NCBI GenBank assembly: GCA_964552125.1
Contig: CAZKFJ010000001.1
Location: forward strand, 1-59,964
DNA from: an uncultured Nitrosopumilales archaeon
GTDB taxonomy: Archaea; Thermoproteota; Nitrososphaeria; Nitrososphaerales; UBA57
Direction: 5' to 3'
DNA: 59,964 nucleotides
Of the stretch, positions 1-10,024 are shown piece by piece. Position 1 is the first letter of the stretch, and every line of letters starts with the position of its first letter. The notes under the pieces are model-generated. The model did not search any database and was not told the origin of the DNA. It saw only the letters and a list, made by a program, of their open reading frames with translations. The translations under genes were made by a program, and so were the position numbers.

Positions 1-101
1 TTACGCTTAGCTGTTTTCTTTACAACTTTCTTTTTAACCATATTATTTCACTATAATCATTACTTTTCCATCTTATAACATTGACGTATTATTATTGTAG
101 A

Positions 102-189
102 TGGACCGAAAGGGAATTGAACCCTTGACCTTCCGAGTTCTTGGATTTTTTCTTGCAAGTCGGATATTCTACCGCTGAACTACCGGCCC
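102..189 (-). tRNA. tRNA-Ala(UGC) with one 16-nt intron at the canonical 37/38 position
   Basis: The reverse complement folds as a cloverleaf. Acceptor is GGGCCGG/TCGGTCC, including the G3:U70 Ala determinant, with A73. D arm is GTTC..GAAT. Anticodon stem is TCCGA/TCGGA with loop CTTGCA. T arm is AAGGG-TTCAATT-CCCTT. Nucleotides 32-35 (CTTG) pair with intronic CAAG located 3 nt before the 3' stem half. 72 exon nt + 16 intron nt = 88 nt. CCA is not encoded. Confidence 0.85.
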
Positions 190-227
190 TATATTATATT
201 CAAATCTACTGGTTTTATAAAATATAT

Positions 228-545
228 CTAGTCTATTTCAATGTATATTTCTTCATTTTGTATTTTAACGTTATATATGGCTAATTCATCTGTTGCAGGA
301 GGATTCAATGCCTTGCCCGTCTTTAAATTAAATTTTGACAAGTGTAATGGACATGTTATATCTTCGCCTATGAGAAACCCATTTTCCAAATCTACTTTTT
401 CATGCGTACACTGACCACTAGTTGCAAATATAGTGTTGTCGATATTTGCTAATAATATGTTCTTATCTTTTACTAGCATGTTCTTAATCTGCCCATTTTG
501 TATTTCTGAAGATTTACAAACCTTTTTGAATTGCAATTTCATCAC
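228..545 (-). CDS. Rieske-type [2Fe-2S] ferredoxin-like protein
   Basis: 105 aa. It has the two Rieske ligand boxes C-T-H (GQCTHEK) and C-P-L-H (ITCPLHLSKF). It lies 12 nt downstream of sufD on the same strand. Confidence 0.75.
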   Translation of the reverse strand: MMKLQFKKVCKSSEIQNGQIKNMLVKDKNILLANIDNTIFATSGQCTHEKVDLENGFLIGEDITCPLHLSKFNLKTGKALNPPATDELAIYNVKIQNEEIYIEID

Positions 546-557
546 ACGACAGTATTA

Positions 558-1853
558 CTATTGAGTTGGCGCTACGATCATTTCCTTAAACTTGAATTCT
601 ACCATTTCTTCAATTTGTTCTCTAATTGTTTCTACTTCGATTCTTTTTAATATTGATTCTAGAAATCCAGTAACAATTATCTTCACAGCAGTATTCTTAT
701 CTAATGCCCGAGATTGCAAATAAAATAATAAATTTTCATCTATTGGGGCTACAGCAGCTGAATGTTTTGCTTGTACGTTTCTATTATCAATTTCTAATCC
801 TGGAATTATGTTTGCTCGTGCATGCTTTCCCAGTAAAATCGCATGTCCACCTAAAAATGTATCTGCATTAAAAGCCTGATTTTCGATTTTATTCATACCC
901 TTTAGCGTCATGTACGACTTTCCCGTTAAAACTCCCTTGACATCTACGCTACCTTTCGTGTTTTTTCCTGAATGCTTTACGCTCGTAACCAAATCATGTT
1001 TTTCTTCTTTAGTTCCAACTACCAGATGTAAATCCTGTATTTTTGAACCATCCCCACTTAGGTTTGAATAACTTCTTGATCTTGATACCTTTCCTCCCAG
1101 ATATCCCACCGCTAATTTGACGTTACTTTGTTTTCCAATCTCGGATCGTTTATTCATAAATGAAATTATATTATCATTGAATAATTCCATTTCAGTTATT
1201 GTTAATTCTGAATTATCTGAAACAAAAATATCTTTTGAATACCCAAATATTGAATCACTCACATCTGGTTTGGCCGATGAATAATGCTCAATAAATAGAT
1301 TACATACTGAATTATCATCCAATACAATCAAATTTTTATTAAATACTGCACTACTTGAATTTTCTTGCCTATTGATATATCGTATTGTGTCTAAAATTTG
1401 TGTGTCTTTTGGAATATGTATGAATAATCCTGTTTGAAATAATGCATCAGAAAGATATTCAAATTTATCCCGTATGGGATTCTTTTTAATATACGATTGA
1501 ACAAAGTCTGGATACTTCTTTATTGCTTCATTAATATCAATTAATACTGCCTTGCCATTGTCGTCAATATTTCTTTCAACCATCTCACCATTTATCTGCA
1601 AAAAGTTTATGTGCCTTCCTCTATGCTCAGTTTGCTGTTCCTGATTATTGACTTCAAAATCAATATTGTCTATGTCCAAATTTGCTAAAAATTCATTATA
1701 TTTATTAAATAAATTTGATTGCTCAAAAGACGATTCATGAAATTTCTTTAAACAATCTAATCTATAATCCAACATCCAAGTTGGTTCATTGTTGTTCTTT
1801 GAAATTGCTTTTACTACATCTATAGATATACGATTAAAACTATTTTTCTGCAT
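558..1853 (-). CDS. sufD: Fe-S cluster assembly protein SufD
   Basis: 431 aa. It is a SufB/SufD-family paralog of the adjacent SufB, with a conserved C-terminal region (GGHAILLGKHARANIIPGLEIDNRNVQAKHSAAV..LFYLQSRAL). It lies 18 nt downstream of sufB. Confidence 0.8.
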   Translation of the reverse strand: MQKNSFNRISIDVVKAISKNNNEPTWMLDYRLDCLKKFHESSFEQSNLFNKYNEFLANLDIDNIDFEVNNQEQQTEHRGRHINFLQINGEMVERNIDDNGKAVLIDINEAIKKYPDFVQSYIKKNPIRDKFEYLSDALFQTGLFIHIPKDTQILDTIRYINRQENSSSAVFNKNLIVLDDNSVCNLFIEHYSSAKPDVSDSIFGYSKDIFVSDNSELTITEMELFNDNIISFMNKRSEIGKQSNVKLAVGYLGGKVSRSRSYSNLSGDGSKIQDLHLVVGTKEEKHDLVTSVKHSGKNTKGSVDVKGVLTGKSYMTLKGMNKIENQAFNADTFLGGHAILLGKHARANIIPGLEIDNRNVQAKHSAAVAPIDENLLFYLQSRALDKNTAVKIIVTGFLESILKRIEVETIREQIEEMVEFKFKEMIVAPTQ

Positions 1854-1871
1854 ATTGCAATCTCTTCATTT

Positions 1872-3269
1872 TTAACCTATTGAACCTTCCATTTCTAAGG
1901 CCATTAATCTGTTTAATTCTACTGCATATTCCATAGGTAGTTCTTTGAGAAAAGGCTCAAAAAATCCTAATACAATGATTCTTGTCGCTTCATCTTCAGT
2001 TAGTCCCCTGGACATCAGATAAAATAATTGATCTTCACCAATTTTACCAACAGTTGCTTCGTGTGTAAGTGTGGCATCTTCTTCCATTATCTCATTATAT
2101 GGGTAAGTATCCGAAATCGAATCGTCATCCAATATTAATGCATCACATCTGACAGTTGATTTTACATTTGATGCTCCTTTTGCAATATGTAGCAAACCTC
2201 TATAACTGGATCTTCCACCATCTTTTGATATTGATTTAGCAATAATTTTTGACGACGTATCTGGAGCCAAGTGTATTACTTTTCCACCAGAATCTTGATG
2301 TTGATCTTTTCCTGCATACGCACATGATACTATCTCTGCTTTCGCACCCTTTCCTAATAGATACACTCCTGGATACTTCATAGTAATTTTACTACCTATG
2401 TTTCCATCTATCCATTCAACAGTTGCATTTTCATGTGCATGCGCACGTTTAGTAACTAAATTATACACATCACTCGACCAATTCTGTATTGTTGTATAAC
2501 GAATTTTTGCACCTTTCTTAGCAATTAATTCTACTACTGCTGAATGCAATGATTCAGAAGAATAAACTGGAGCAGTACATCCTTCGATATAATGTATGGA
2601 ACTTCCTTCATCTGCTATAATTAACGTTCTCTCAAACTGACCTATGTTTTCCGCATTAATTCTAAAATAAGCTTGTAAAGGCATGTCCACATGAACTCCT
2701 TTTGGTATGTATACAAATGAACCTCCACTCCATACTGCACTATTCAATGCTGCAAACTTATTATCTTCTGGTGGAATTATTTTACCAAAGTATTCCTTAA
2801 CAATATCTTCGTGTTTCTTCAAACCTTCATCCATTCCGTAAAAGATAACACCTTGTTTTTCCAAATCTTCTCTTAAATTGTGATATACTACATCAGATTC
2901 ATACTGCGCTCCAACACCTGCTAGGAACTTTCTTTCTGCTTCAGGTATTCCTAATTTGTCGAAGGTATTTTTGATATCTTCTGGAACATCATCCCAGTTA
3001 TTTGCCTGTTTATCCGTTGGTTTAGCGTAATAGTAGATGTTGTCAAACATGATCTGAGATAAATCAGCACCCCATTTTGGCATTGGTTTAGAATTAAATA
3101 TTTCAAACGATCTTAATCTAAATTCTCTCATCCACTCAGGTTCATTTTTCTTGTCAGAAATCATCTTAATTATGTCTTCAGATATGCCTTTCTCTCCTTT
3201 GAAGACATAATTCTTAGTAGAATCTTTAAAATCGTATTTTTCATAATCAAATGAAACATTTTCTGTCAT
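1872..3269 (-). CDS. sufB: Fe-S cluster assembly scaffold protein SufB
   Basis: 465 aa with strong SufB-like blocks: [32 protein letters not shown] and [21 protein letters not shown]. Confidence 0.9.
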   Translation of the reverse strand: MTENVSFDYEKYDFKDSTKNYVFKGEKGISEDIIKMISDKKNEPEWMREFRLRSFEIFNSKPMPKWGADLSQIMFDNIYYYAKPTDKQANNWDDVPEDIKNTFDKLGIPEAERKFLAGVGAQYESDVVYHNLREDLEKQGVIFYGMDEGLKKHEDIVKEYFGKIIPPEDNKFAALNSAVWSGGSFVYIPKGVHVDMPLQAYFRINAENIGQFERTLIIADEGSSIHYIEGCTAPVYSSESLHSAVVELIAKKGAKIRYTTIQNWSSDVYNLVTKRAHAHENATVEWIDGNIGSKITMKYPGVYLLGKGAKAEIVSCAYAGKDQHQDSGGKVIHLAPDTSSKIIAKSISKDGGRSSYRGLLHIAKGASNVKSTVRCDALILDDDSISDTYPYNEIMEEDATLTHEATVGKIGEDQLFYLMSRGLTEDEATRIIVLGFFEPFLKELPMEYAVELNRLMALEMEGSIG

Positions 3270-3398
3270 AACTGCTCAAATCCTTCCTGATTTTATATCC
3301 TATTTGCACATTAATAGATATTACTATTGTTATACATTTTAACTAAAATTTGGATAAAAATATAACTTAAATAAATGGTTGTCAAATACAACCCAGTA

Positions 3399-3500
3399 GG
3401 GCCATTAGCTCAGCTTGGTTAGCGTATAACACGGCAAAAGCGTTCGACTGATAATGATTCAGACATCGAAAGGTCGAGAGTTCAAATCTCCCATGGCCCA
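3399..3500 (+). tRNA. tRNA-Ile(GAU) with two introns (18 nt near position 26/27, 11 nt at 37/38)
   Basis: Acceptor GGGCCAT/ATGGCCC with A73. D arm GCTC-AGCTTGGT-TAGC. Anticodon stem TTCGA/TCGAA with loop CTGATA..A. T arm GAGAG-TTCAAAT-CTCCC has one A:C mismatch. CTGA pairs with intronic TCAG 3 nt before the 3' stem half. 73 exon nt + 18 + 11 = 102 nt, an exact fit. Confidence 0.8.
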
Positions 3501-3542
3501 CTATATTATTAATCTCGATATAATAGAAGTATGTGATGTTTG

Positions 3543-3815
3543 ATGGCTGGAAAAAACAACGAAAATCTCGAACTTTTGAATAAAGCAATAGCAATTCTTT
3601 CATCTATTTCTGACAATCCTAGTACGCCTAGAAACATAAGAAAATTAATCAAAGATTCTATCGATATCCTTAACGACGAATCTCTTAGTGTAGGAGTTCG
3701 TGCAGCTAATGCTATTAGTATGCTGGAAGACGTATCTCAAGATCCAAATATCCCTTCATTTTCCAGAGTGACCATTTGGAGTGCGGTTAGCAGTTTAGAG
3801 AGCATTCGCGACTGA
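3543..3815 (+). CDS. UPF0147-family small archaeal protein
   Basis: About 90 aa and helical. It contains DNPSTPRNIRK ... DPNIPSFSRVTIWSAVSSLE, which is typical of the UPF0147 family as I remember it. ATG at 3543 directly follows the TTG at 3540 that the ORF track uses. Confidence 0.6.
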   Translation: MAGKNNENLELLNKAIAILSSISDNPSTPRNIRKLIKDSIDILNDESLSVGVRAANAISMLEDVSQDPNIPSFSRVTIWSAVSSLESIRD

Positions 3816-3861
3816 TAAAACTCATAATAGTTTATTAGTGTGAACTTTTCAAATATTAGTA

Positions 3862-5928
3862 ATGAGTCAAATAACTACGTTAAATCTTGATGACTATATT
3901 CAAGATCAACATAAAAACAATACTGACATGGTAGTTCGTCTTAATGACGGATCTATTATCTTTGTCGACGAACAAGCCCTTGACAAAAACAAAATGAGCG
4001 CCGAGGGAAATCCCGTTAAAAACTTTGGAGTAAGATATCGTGTTATGAGTGATGATATGAAAAGTGTTACCGCCCAATACCTAATTCCTAATGAAGTTCT
4101 TAACCTTGCTAAAACAAGAGGAAAAGAGTTTGCTGGTATAAAACTTCCGGTTGGTACTCTTTGGAACGATCAAACTCCTAAATTTGGCGTTTGGTTAAAA
4201 ATTTATCCAAACTTCCAACAAATTGGAACAAACGATCGTGGAGAAATTGTATTACGTGATCGAAAAGATTTTCAACCAATGACTGGTGCAGTAATTAATT
4301 CAAATAATACAATCATCATGGGTAGAGCAGAACGTTTAGTTACACGTCTATCTAAAACTGACGCCGATATAGATTGTGCTGAAGCTGATGCTTGGTTAAA
4401 GGCATTTGAAATTCTTGATGATACCGCTACCTTAACTCGTGACTATCTATGTGCTGGTGTTCAATACCGACATGAAGGAAATGCACCTTATCTCAATCTA
4501 ACTACTGATGTTAACTTCTTTGATCTAGATGACAAAGAAATGCTTGACCTAAGAAAGATTATCCAATCTCGATTTGATAAAATCGGTCGTAGTATCCCTA
4601 ATGTTAAGATTAGATCAGTAATCAATCTTCCAAAAACTGAAGAGGAGTTCAATTCAATCCTTTCTAAATTAAAAGAAAAGGGTTCTTCCGCAAAAGAATT
4701 AGGATTACCTGAATCTTATTCTGATTCACGCTTCTATAATCCAGATAAAAATACAATTTCATCATCAAACTTTGTACTATTCGTACCATTAGCTGAATTA
4801 CCTGATGAAATTACTATTACAACAATCAACACTGATTATCATGGCGAAGTAAAGTCTCGTGGTGTATTGTCCCCATTAATGGCAATATTATCTCTTGTCG
4901 ACGTTATTTCTGCACATGCAGGATCAGGTATTCTAAACCAAAAAGGAACTGCTACTACATTTACAGGTCCTACAGGCACTGGTAAGACCACTGCAACATC
5001 ATTCTTTGCTGAAAAGAATGAAAAGTTTAGAAGACAAGAATTACGTCGTAGATACGAGATAATTCTTAAGAAACAACATCCAGACCTCTCTGAAAGCGAC
5101 TTCCAAGCAAAAGTTGACGAAGTAGTTGCTGGCGTTGGTATTATGTGCCAAGAAGACTGGATTGAAATCTCAGAAAATGATGATGGTACATGGTCATTTT
5201 GGCCAACTGAAAAATCGCTTTATGCAAGAACTGGCGGTTTCCCTGGATTGGACTTTATTCTCATTGAGAATGAACCTATGCTCGAAAACGCATTAGCAGA
5301 CTTTGGCGCATCAGGATGCAAGAAATACCTTGGTAAAGTAACACATGAATTCTTCCCTGAAAGAATTTTCTACGAACCAAAGTGGGGTCATTTATTGTAT
5401 GATAGATCCGTAACACCAATCTCTGCACATGTATTTCTTGAAAGAAATGCTGAATTAGATTTCTTTGCCAAACGAGTTAGTGCAAAAGAAGCAGTTGAAT
5501 ATTTGCTAGTCGGAAGAACTCCATCTGGTAAACACGAACCTATGTACAATGCATATCCTGATTTCAGTGGTTTCTTAATGGAATTCGGAATCATTGGAGA
5601 CAAACTTGTTGATGCATATGCCAAAGCAAAAGCAGGAGATTATTCTCTAATCGGCAATGGCGACGCATCTACTGGCAAAGCAGTATTTGAAAAGCTAGAT
5701 AAACAATTACAACTCTGGGAAAAGAGCTGTGAAGTCACACCTCCGTTTATCGTTAATGGAGCCCCTGGACTCTTTATCACACAGGATGTAAATTGGCTAC
5801 TCTCTGAGATGCCAGACATATTCGACAATTGGAAACATGTTACCTTGGATGACTACAAAACCTTTATGGAAAAGGAATTCGGCGTAACTTATGGTCCAAA
5901 AGGCGAATGGACACATATTGAATATTAG
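3862..5928 (+). CDS. Divergent ATP-dependent phosphoenolpyruvate carboxykinase (PckA)-family protein, unusually long
   Basis: 688 aa. The order of motifs parallels ATP-PEPCK: NTDYHGEVKS (compare YAGEMKK), SAHAGSG (compare MHCSAN), P-loop FTGPTGTGKTTATS (compare FFGLSGTGKTTLS), QEDW (compare DDEHGW), then EP..FSGF and LIGNGDASTGK (compare NTGW.G.GK). All of this was matched by eye only. Confidence 0.5.
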   Translation: MSQITTLNLDDYIQDQHKNNTDMVVRLNDGSIIFVDEQALDKNKMSAEGNPVKNFGVRYRVMSDDMKSVTAQYLIPNEVLNLAKTRGKEFAGIKLPVGTLWNDQTPKFGVWLKIYPNFQQIGTNDRGEIVLRDRKDFQPMTGAVINSNNTIIMGRAERLVTRLSKTDADIDCAEADAWLKAFEILDDTATLTRDYLCAGVQYRHEGNAPYLNLTTDVNFFDLDDKEMLDLRKIIQSRFDKIGRSIPNVKIRSVINLPKTEEEFNSILSKLKEKGSSAKELGLPESYSDSRFYNPDKNTISSSNFVLFVPLAELPDEITITTINTDYHGEVKSRGVLSPLMAILSLVDVISAHAGSGILNQKGTATTFTGPTGTGKTTATSFFAEKNEKFRRQELRRRYEIILKKQHPDLSESDFQAKVDEVVAGVGIMCQEDWIEISENDDGTWSFWPTEKSLYARTGGFPGLDFILIENEPMLENALADFGASGCKKYLGKVTHEFFPERIFYEPKWGHLLYDRSVTPISAHVFLERNAELDFFAKRVSAKEAVEYLLVGRTPSGKHEPMYNAYPDFSGFLMEFGIIGDKLVDAYAKAKAGDYSLIGNGDASTGKAVFEKLDKQLQLWEKSCEVTPPFIVNGAPGLFITQDVNWLLSEMPDIFDNWKHVTLDDYKTFMEKEFGVTYGPKGEWTHIEY

Positions 5929-5935
5929 GAAAGAA

Positions 5936-6943
5936 CTATTTCTTTCCTAAAGCATTCAATCTCTTCGTGATATTTGGATGCGTACTCAAAAGTTCAAGGA
6001 GATGCTCCTTGAACGAAATTTCTTTTTTAGCATATTTCTCTACCAGTTCTCTATCTGATAATTTAATCTTAGATTTTTGAAGAGATACGATATCTTTATG
6101 CGAAGAATCTGGATTACTTATCATTAATGTACTAAATCCAGAAATTTTCATATCTTTATGTTTTTTTAACCTTAATTGTTCATGATTTTCAACAATTTTT
6201 ACTAAACCTTCTTGTAATTTCCTTCCGCCTTCCTTTACATGCTGTCTTGCAAACATATCTGCATACTCTTCTCTTCTACGACCTAAAGACTTGCACACTA
6301 AACCTAAAATAAACGATCCAATAATTGCCGCAAATGCTATTGCAAGCGTTCCTCCACTGTTTCTTCTGTTGAACATTGAACTCCAAATTAAGCTATGCCC
6401 AAGAGTTGAAAGTATAGATGGTAAAAATGACGCTACCATCATAACTTCAACGTCTTTATGTTTTATATGACCTAATTCATGACCTATTATCGCTTCTATT
6501 TCTTCAAGTTCAACGCTTGGATCAGCCATGCTTGTTAATCCTTGTGTTATAGCTATTCTTTTTCCATATTTTGGCGAACCATATGCAAATGCATTTGGTA
6601 CTTTAACATCTGAATACATAATTTTTGGAACTTGCATATTTGCACTCTTGCAAATTCTCTCTACTGTATCGTAAACCCATTGTCCACTAATACTTTTTAT
6701 TTTAGGATTGGCACAGGGTATGTTGTCTGTTTTTTTTAATTCTTTAACTTTATACATCTTTTCTACCATTTTTGGTCCATAGATCCACTGAATAAAATGA
6801 AAAATACCCACCAAAACAATTATGAACCCTATATTATACGTTCCTCCTAACATCAATAGAATTATTGAAAAAATTAATGTTGATAACCCAATTAATAATC
6901 CCATCGTACCTAAAATCGTTAATTGTAATTTCAGCAATCTCAT
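5936..6943 (-). CDS. M48-family (HtpX-like) membrane zinc metalloprotease
   Basis: 335 aa. It has N-terminal and central hydrophobic segments and the HExxH motif HELGHIKHKD, followed by further transmembrane segments. Confidence 0.75.
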   Translation of the reverse strand: MRLLKLQLTILGTMGLLIGLSTLIFSIILLMLGGTYNIGFIIVLVGIFHFIQWIYGPKMVEKMYKVKELKKTDNIPCANPKIKSISGQWVYDTVERICKSANMQVPKIMYSDVKVPNAFAYGSPKYGKRIAITQGLTSMADPSVELEEIEAIIGHELGHIKHKDVEVMMVASFLPSILSTLGHSLIWSSMFNRRNSGGTLAIAFAAIIGSFILGLVCKSLGRRREEYADMFARQHVKEGGRKLQEGLVKIVENHEQLRLKKHKDMKISGFSTLMISNPDSSHKDIVSLQKSKIKLSDRELVEKYAKKEISFKEHLLELLSTHPNITKRLNALGKK

Positions 6944-6973
6944 ACTAATTACTCATCTTATTCTAAATTATAT

Positions 6974-7849
6974 CTATTCCTTGAATCCGTAATACCTTGC
7001 TACAAATGAACCTATTATCATTAATGATGCAGAGAAAGCAAAAAGAACTTGAAAATCAAAAATTACATTACTGGTAATTTCTCCAGTAATAAATAAAGTT
7101 CTAGTTAGATCCGCTGAATACGTTATCGGGTTAATTCTAGCAACTATTTGAAGCCAATCAGGCATGAATTCAATTGGGAACAACGCTCCACTTGCAAATA
7201 ATAATGGAAGATTAACTAGATTTGCGACTGCAATTAATGTCTCCCATTTTCTCATTCTCAAAGCTATTGCCGTGAATAAACATGCAAATCCTGTCGCCAA
7301 CATGAATAACGAAATAAACATAAGTAAAATTATAGGAACACTAAGTTTAGCCACTATTAATCCACCTGGAATTAATAACGCTATGATGAATACAAGTGAA
7401 GATTGAATTAACGCTTTAGTAACTGTTGAAAAAACCTTTGCATAATAAATCGAACTTCTTGGTATTGGTGCTACTAACAATTTATCTAGAAAACCAAACC
7501 TTCTATCCCATATTACTGAAGTGCCACTGAATGCCGAAGAGAATAAAATTAATGTCGATAGAACCCCTCCTGTAAGATATGTTAAGTAATTTGGAGCTCC
7601 CTGAAACGTTTGTTCTAGAATCAAATTACTTGAATTGGCAAAGAATTCAAGTATCGCTGCACTAACTTCCGGTGGCATATTTTCTGAAAATGTTAGATTT
7701 TCAAATGACATTAATCTGGTTGGATTGAACGAATTTCCAAATAATGTTATCCAAACTATTGGTTGGATCAACGCTGAAAAGATTAATGCAGGTACTTTGT
7801 ACCATTTTTCTAATTCTCGTTTTACTAGTACATATGTTTCCGTAATCAT
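6974..7849 (-). CDS. ABC-2 type transporter permease
   Basis: 291 aa polytopic membrane protein. It lies directly downstream of the ABC ATPase with no gap (0 nt). Confidence 0.75.
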   Translation of the reverse strand: MITETYVLVKRELEKWYKVPALIFSALIQPIVWITLFGNSFNPTRLMSFENLTFSENMPPEVSAAILEFFANSSNLILEQTFQGAPNYLTYLTGGVLSTLILFSSAFSGTSVIWDRRFGFLDKLLVAPIPRSSIYYAKVFSTVTKALIQSSLVFIIALLIPGGLIVAKLSVPIILLMFISLFMLATGFACLFTAIALRMRKWETLIAVANLVNLPLLFASGALFPIEFMPDWLQIVARINPITYSADLTRTLFITGEITSNVIFDFQVLFAFSASLMIIGSFVARYYGFKE

Positions 7850-8839
7850 CTATCTCGACTTCCATAATCTCTGCATTGCTGAATTGTCACTAAAACCTGT
7901 TCCCGTATCTCGCATCGATTTTCCTGTGTATTCTAAAAATACCTCATCTAAAGATGGTCTCGAGAGAGATACTGTTTTTACTTTGATACTGTTTACTTTA
8001 CAAATTTCTAATAATAACGGAAGTACTTCATCTCCTTTTTCAGCCTTAATTCGAAGTTTTTCTCCAACTACGTCGATTTTTTCCACATAATCTAGTTCCG
8101 ATATCAATTCTTTTGCTTTTACATGGTTGTCTACCGATATTTCTATTATATCTCCACCTAATTTCTGTTTTAGATTTGATGGCGTATCTTCTATTAGTAC
8201 CTCACCCTGATCTATAATCGCAATTCTATCACATAACAAATCTGCTTCTTCTAAATAATGGGTTGTAATAAAAATTGTTAATCCATTCTCCTTATTCAAT
8301 TTCTTAAGGTAGTCCCAAATTACAGAACGCGTTTGAATATCTAAACCCAAAGTTGGTTCATCTAAAAATAACACTTTCGGATTATGTATTAATCCAATAA
8401 TTAATTCTAATCTCTTTCTCATTCCCCCTGAATAAGTTGATACATCTCGCCCTGCCGCGTCTTTCAATCCTACTAATTCTAATAATTCATTGGCACGTTC
8501 TTTCGCAATTTTATCAGGAACATGATACAACTTTGCAGATAATAATAAATTTGTCATTCCTTTCAGATCATCATCTAACGTCAATGCTTGTGGAACAATT
8601 CCTATTGAACTTCTTACTCCGTCAGGATTTTTTACAACATCAAACGAAGCTATGTTTACTTGACCTTTGGTAGGTTGTAATAAAGTTGTCAAAATCTTGA
8701 TTGTTGTAGTCTTTCCCGCTCCATTTGGTCCTAAAAAACCAAAAATTTCTCCTTTTTTCACTTGAAATGATACATTATCGACCGCTACTATTTCTTTATC
8801 GAAAATTTTACTCAGATTTTTAACATTAACTATTTCCAT
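7850..8839 (-). CDS. ABC transporter ATP-binding protein (ABC-2/DrrA-like)
   Basis: Walker A GPNGAGKTT, signature YSGGMRKRL and Walker B LFLDEPT. Confidence 0.9.
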   Translation of the reverse strand: MEIVNVKNLSKIFDKEIVAVDNVSFQVKKGEIFGFLGPNGAGKTTTIKILTTLLQPTKGQVNIASFDVVKNPDGVRSSIGIVPQALTLDDDLKGMTNLLLSAKLYHVPDKIAKERANELLELVGLKDAAGRDVSTYSGGMRKRLELIIGLIHNPKVLFLDEPTLGLDIQTRSVIWDYLKKLNKENGLTIFITTHYLEEADLLCDRIAIIDQGEVLIEDTPSNLKQKLGGDIIEISVDNHVKAKELISELDYVEKIDVVGEKLRIKAEKGDEVLPLLLEICKVNSIKVKTVSLSRPSLDEVFLEYTGKSMRDTGTGFSDNSAMQRLWKSR

Positions 8840-8893
8840 CTCATATCATTGATGTTAGATTAATAAATAATCTTTCTGTCGAATAATATACTG

Positions 8894-10003
8894 ATGCATA
8901 GTGAATACATAATTCTTGGAGCTGGAATCTCTGGTCTGAGTACTTCCTACTTTCTTGAAAAACTCGGTATCAGCTCTATTGTTCTAGACGTTGATAATCC
9001 ATTATCTGGTTCTGGCTCAACAATGAAATCTGCAGGTATAATCTCTCATTTCTTTCCTTTTAACGAGGAAATAAACCTAGTTTCTACCAGTTTACAATTC
9101 TATGAAGAAATAATTGACAATTCACCTTCCAAGATATCCTATAATAACTCAGGTCTCCTGGCATTCTATGAACACTCTGATCATGAACCTCTTTCCCATT
9201 TCTTAGATGCTATGAAATCTTCTAATGTCGATTATTCACTAATAGACTCAACAGAACTTCATGATAGATATCCTATGCTTTCTATAACTCCTGACGAAAC
9301 TGCTATCTTATCTAATGGAAGTGGATATTACGATATTGAATTACTGTTTCCACTCATTCTAAAACAAATTAAATTTTTTTACAATATCCAAATTATAAAT
9401 ATAGAACATCAAGACTTATTCAAATTTCATACTAACCAAGGTACATTCACATCTAAAAATGTAATAATTGCCGGCGGTGCATGGTCTAGTCAGATTGCAA
9501 ATATGTTTAATTGTAAACTAAATTTCGATACATATTCAACACAAGCAGCGATTCTATCTTCTTCAAATTCATCTGCTTCTTTCTCATCATTGCCGATTAT
9601 ATATAAAACAAAATCAGGTGTCTATGGTAGACCTATTTCTTCATCATCATTCTTATTTGGCGATGGATCTAAAAAATATTACAATAACCCCAGTAATTTC
9701 AAATCTCACGCTGACAAAAAATTCCTTGACAATATTTCTCAACAAGCAAATGAATTTCTTCCCAATCAAAGTTTAATACATACGCAAAAAAATTGGTCTG
9801 GGTTATATACATCCAGTCAAGATTCTAGACCCGTTATTGGTAAATTAGATGAGAATATTTTCTTTTTAGGATGTTATAACGGGCTAGGAATAATGCTTGC
9901 CCCTGGTTGCTCAAAATTATTGGTTGATTATATTGTTAACAATGATATTCATGATAGCTTCTCTTCTTTCGATATTCAACGTTTTAACAAAAATAATATA
10001 TGA
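8894..10003 (+). CDS. FAD-dependent oxidoreductase (DAO/glycine-oxidase-like family)
   Basis: N-terminal dinucleotide-binding motif ILGAGISGLSTSYFL. Length (369 aa) and C-terminal GLGIMLAPG are typical of DAO-family flavoenzymes. Confidence 0.65.
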   Translation: MHSEYIILGAGISGLSTSYFLEKLGISSIVLDVDNPLSGSGSTMKSAGIISHFFPFNEEINLVSTSLQFYEEIIDNSPSKISYNNSGLLAFYEHSDHEPLSHFLDAMKSSNVDYSLIDSTELHDRYPMLSITPDETAILSNGSGYYDIELLFPLILKQIKFFYNIQIINIEHQDLFKFHTNQGTFTSKNVIIAGGAWSSQIANMFNCKLNFDTYSTQAAILSSSNSSASFSSLPIIYKTKSGVYGRPISSSSFLFGDGSKKYYNNPSNFKSHADKKFLDNISQQANEFLPNQSLIHTQKNWSGLYTSSQDSRPVIGKLDENIFFLGCYNGLGIMLAPGCSKLLVDYIVNNDIHDSFSSFDIQRFNKNNI

Positions 10004-10024
10004 GCAATACGTAAACATATTGTT

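Noticed and set aside
1-41. Possible start of a minus-strand gene (ATG at 41-39, MVKKKVVKKTAKR...) running off the left edge
   Set aside because: Only 13 lysine-rich codons are visible, which is too little to call a gene or a family.
3382-3603. 73-aa minus-strand ORF in the six-frame track
   Set aside because: It lies antisense across tRNA-Ile(GAU) and the start of the UPF0147 gene. It has no motif, so it is a spurious ORF.
3862-5928. Idea that the 688-aa P-loop protein is the missing phosphoribulokinase for the RuBisCO island
   Set aside because: The motif order matches the PEPCK family, not the PRK/uridine-kinase fold. The P-loop is mid-protein rather than N-terminal, and the gene is 22 kb from the island.
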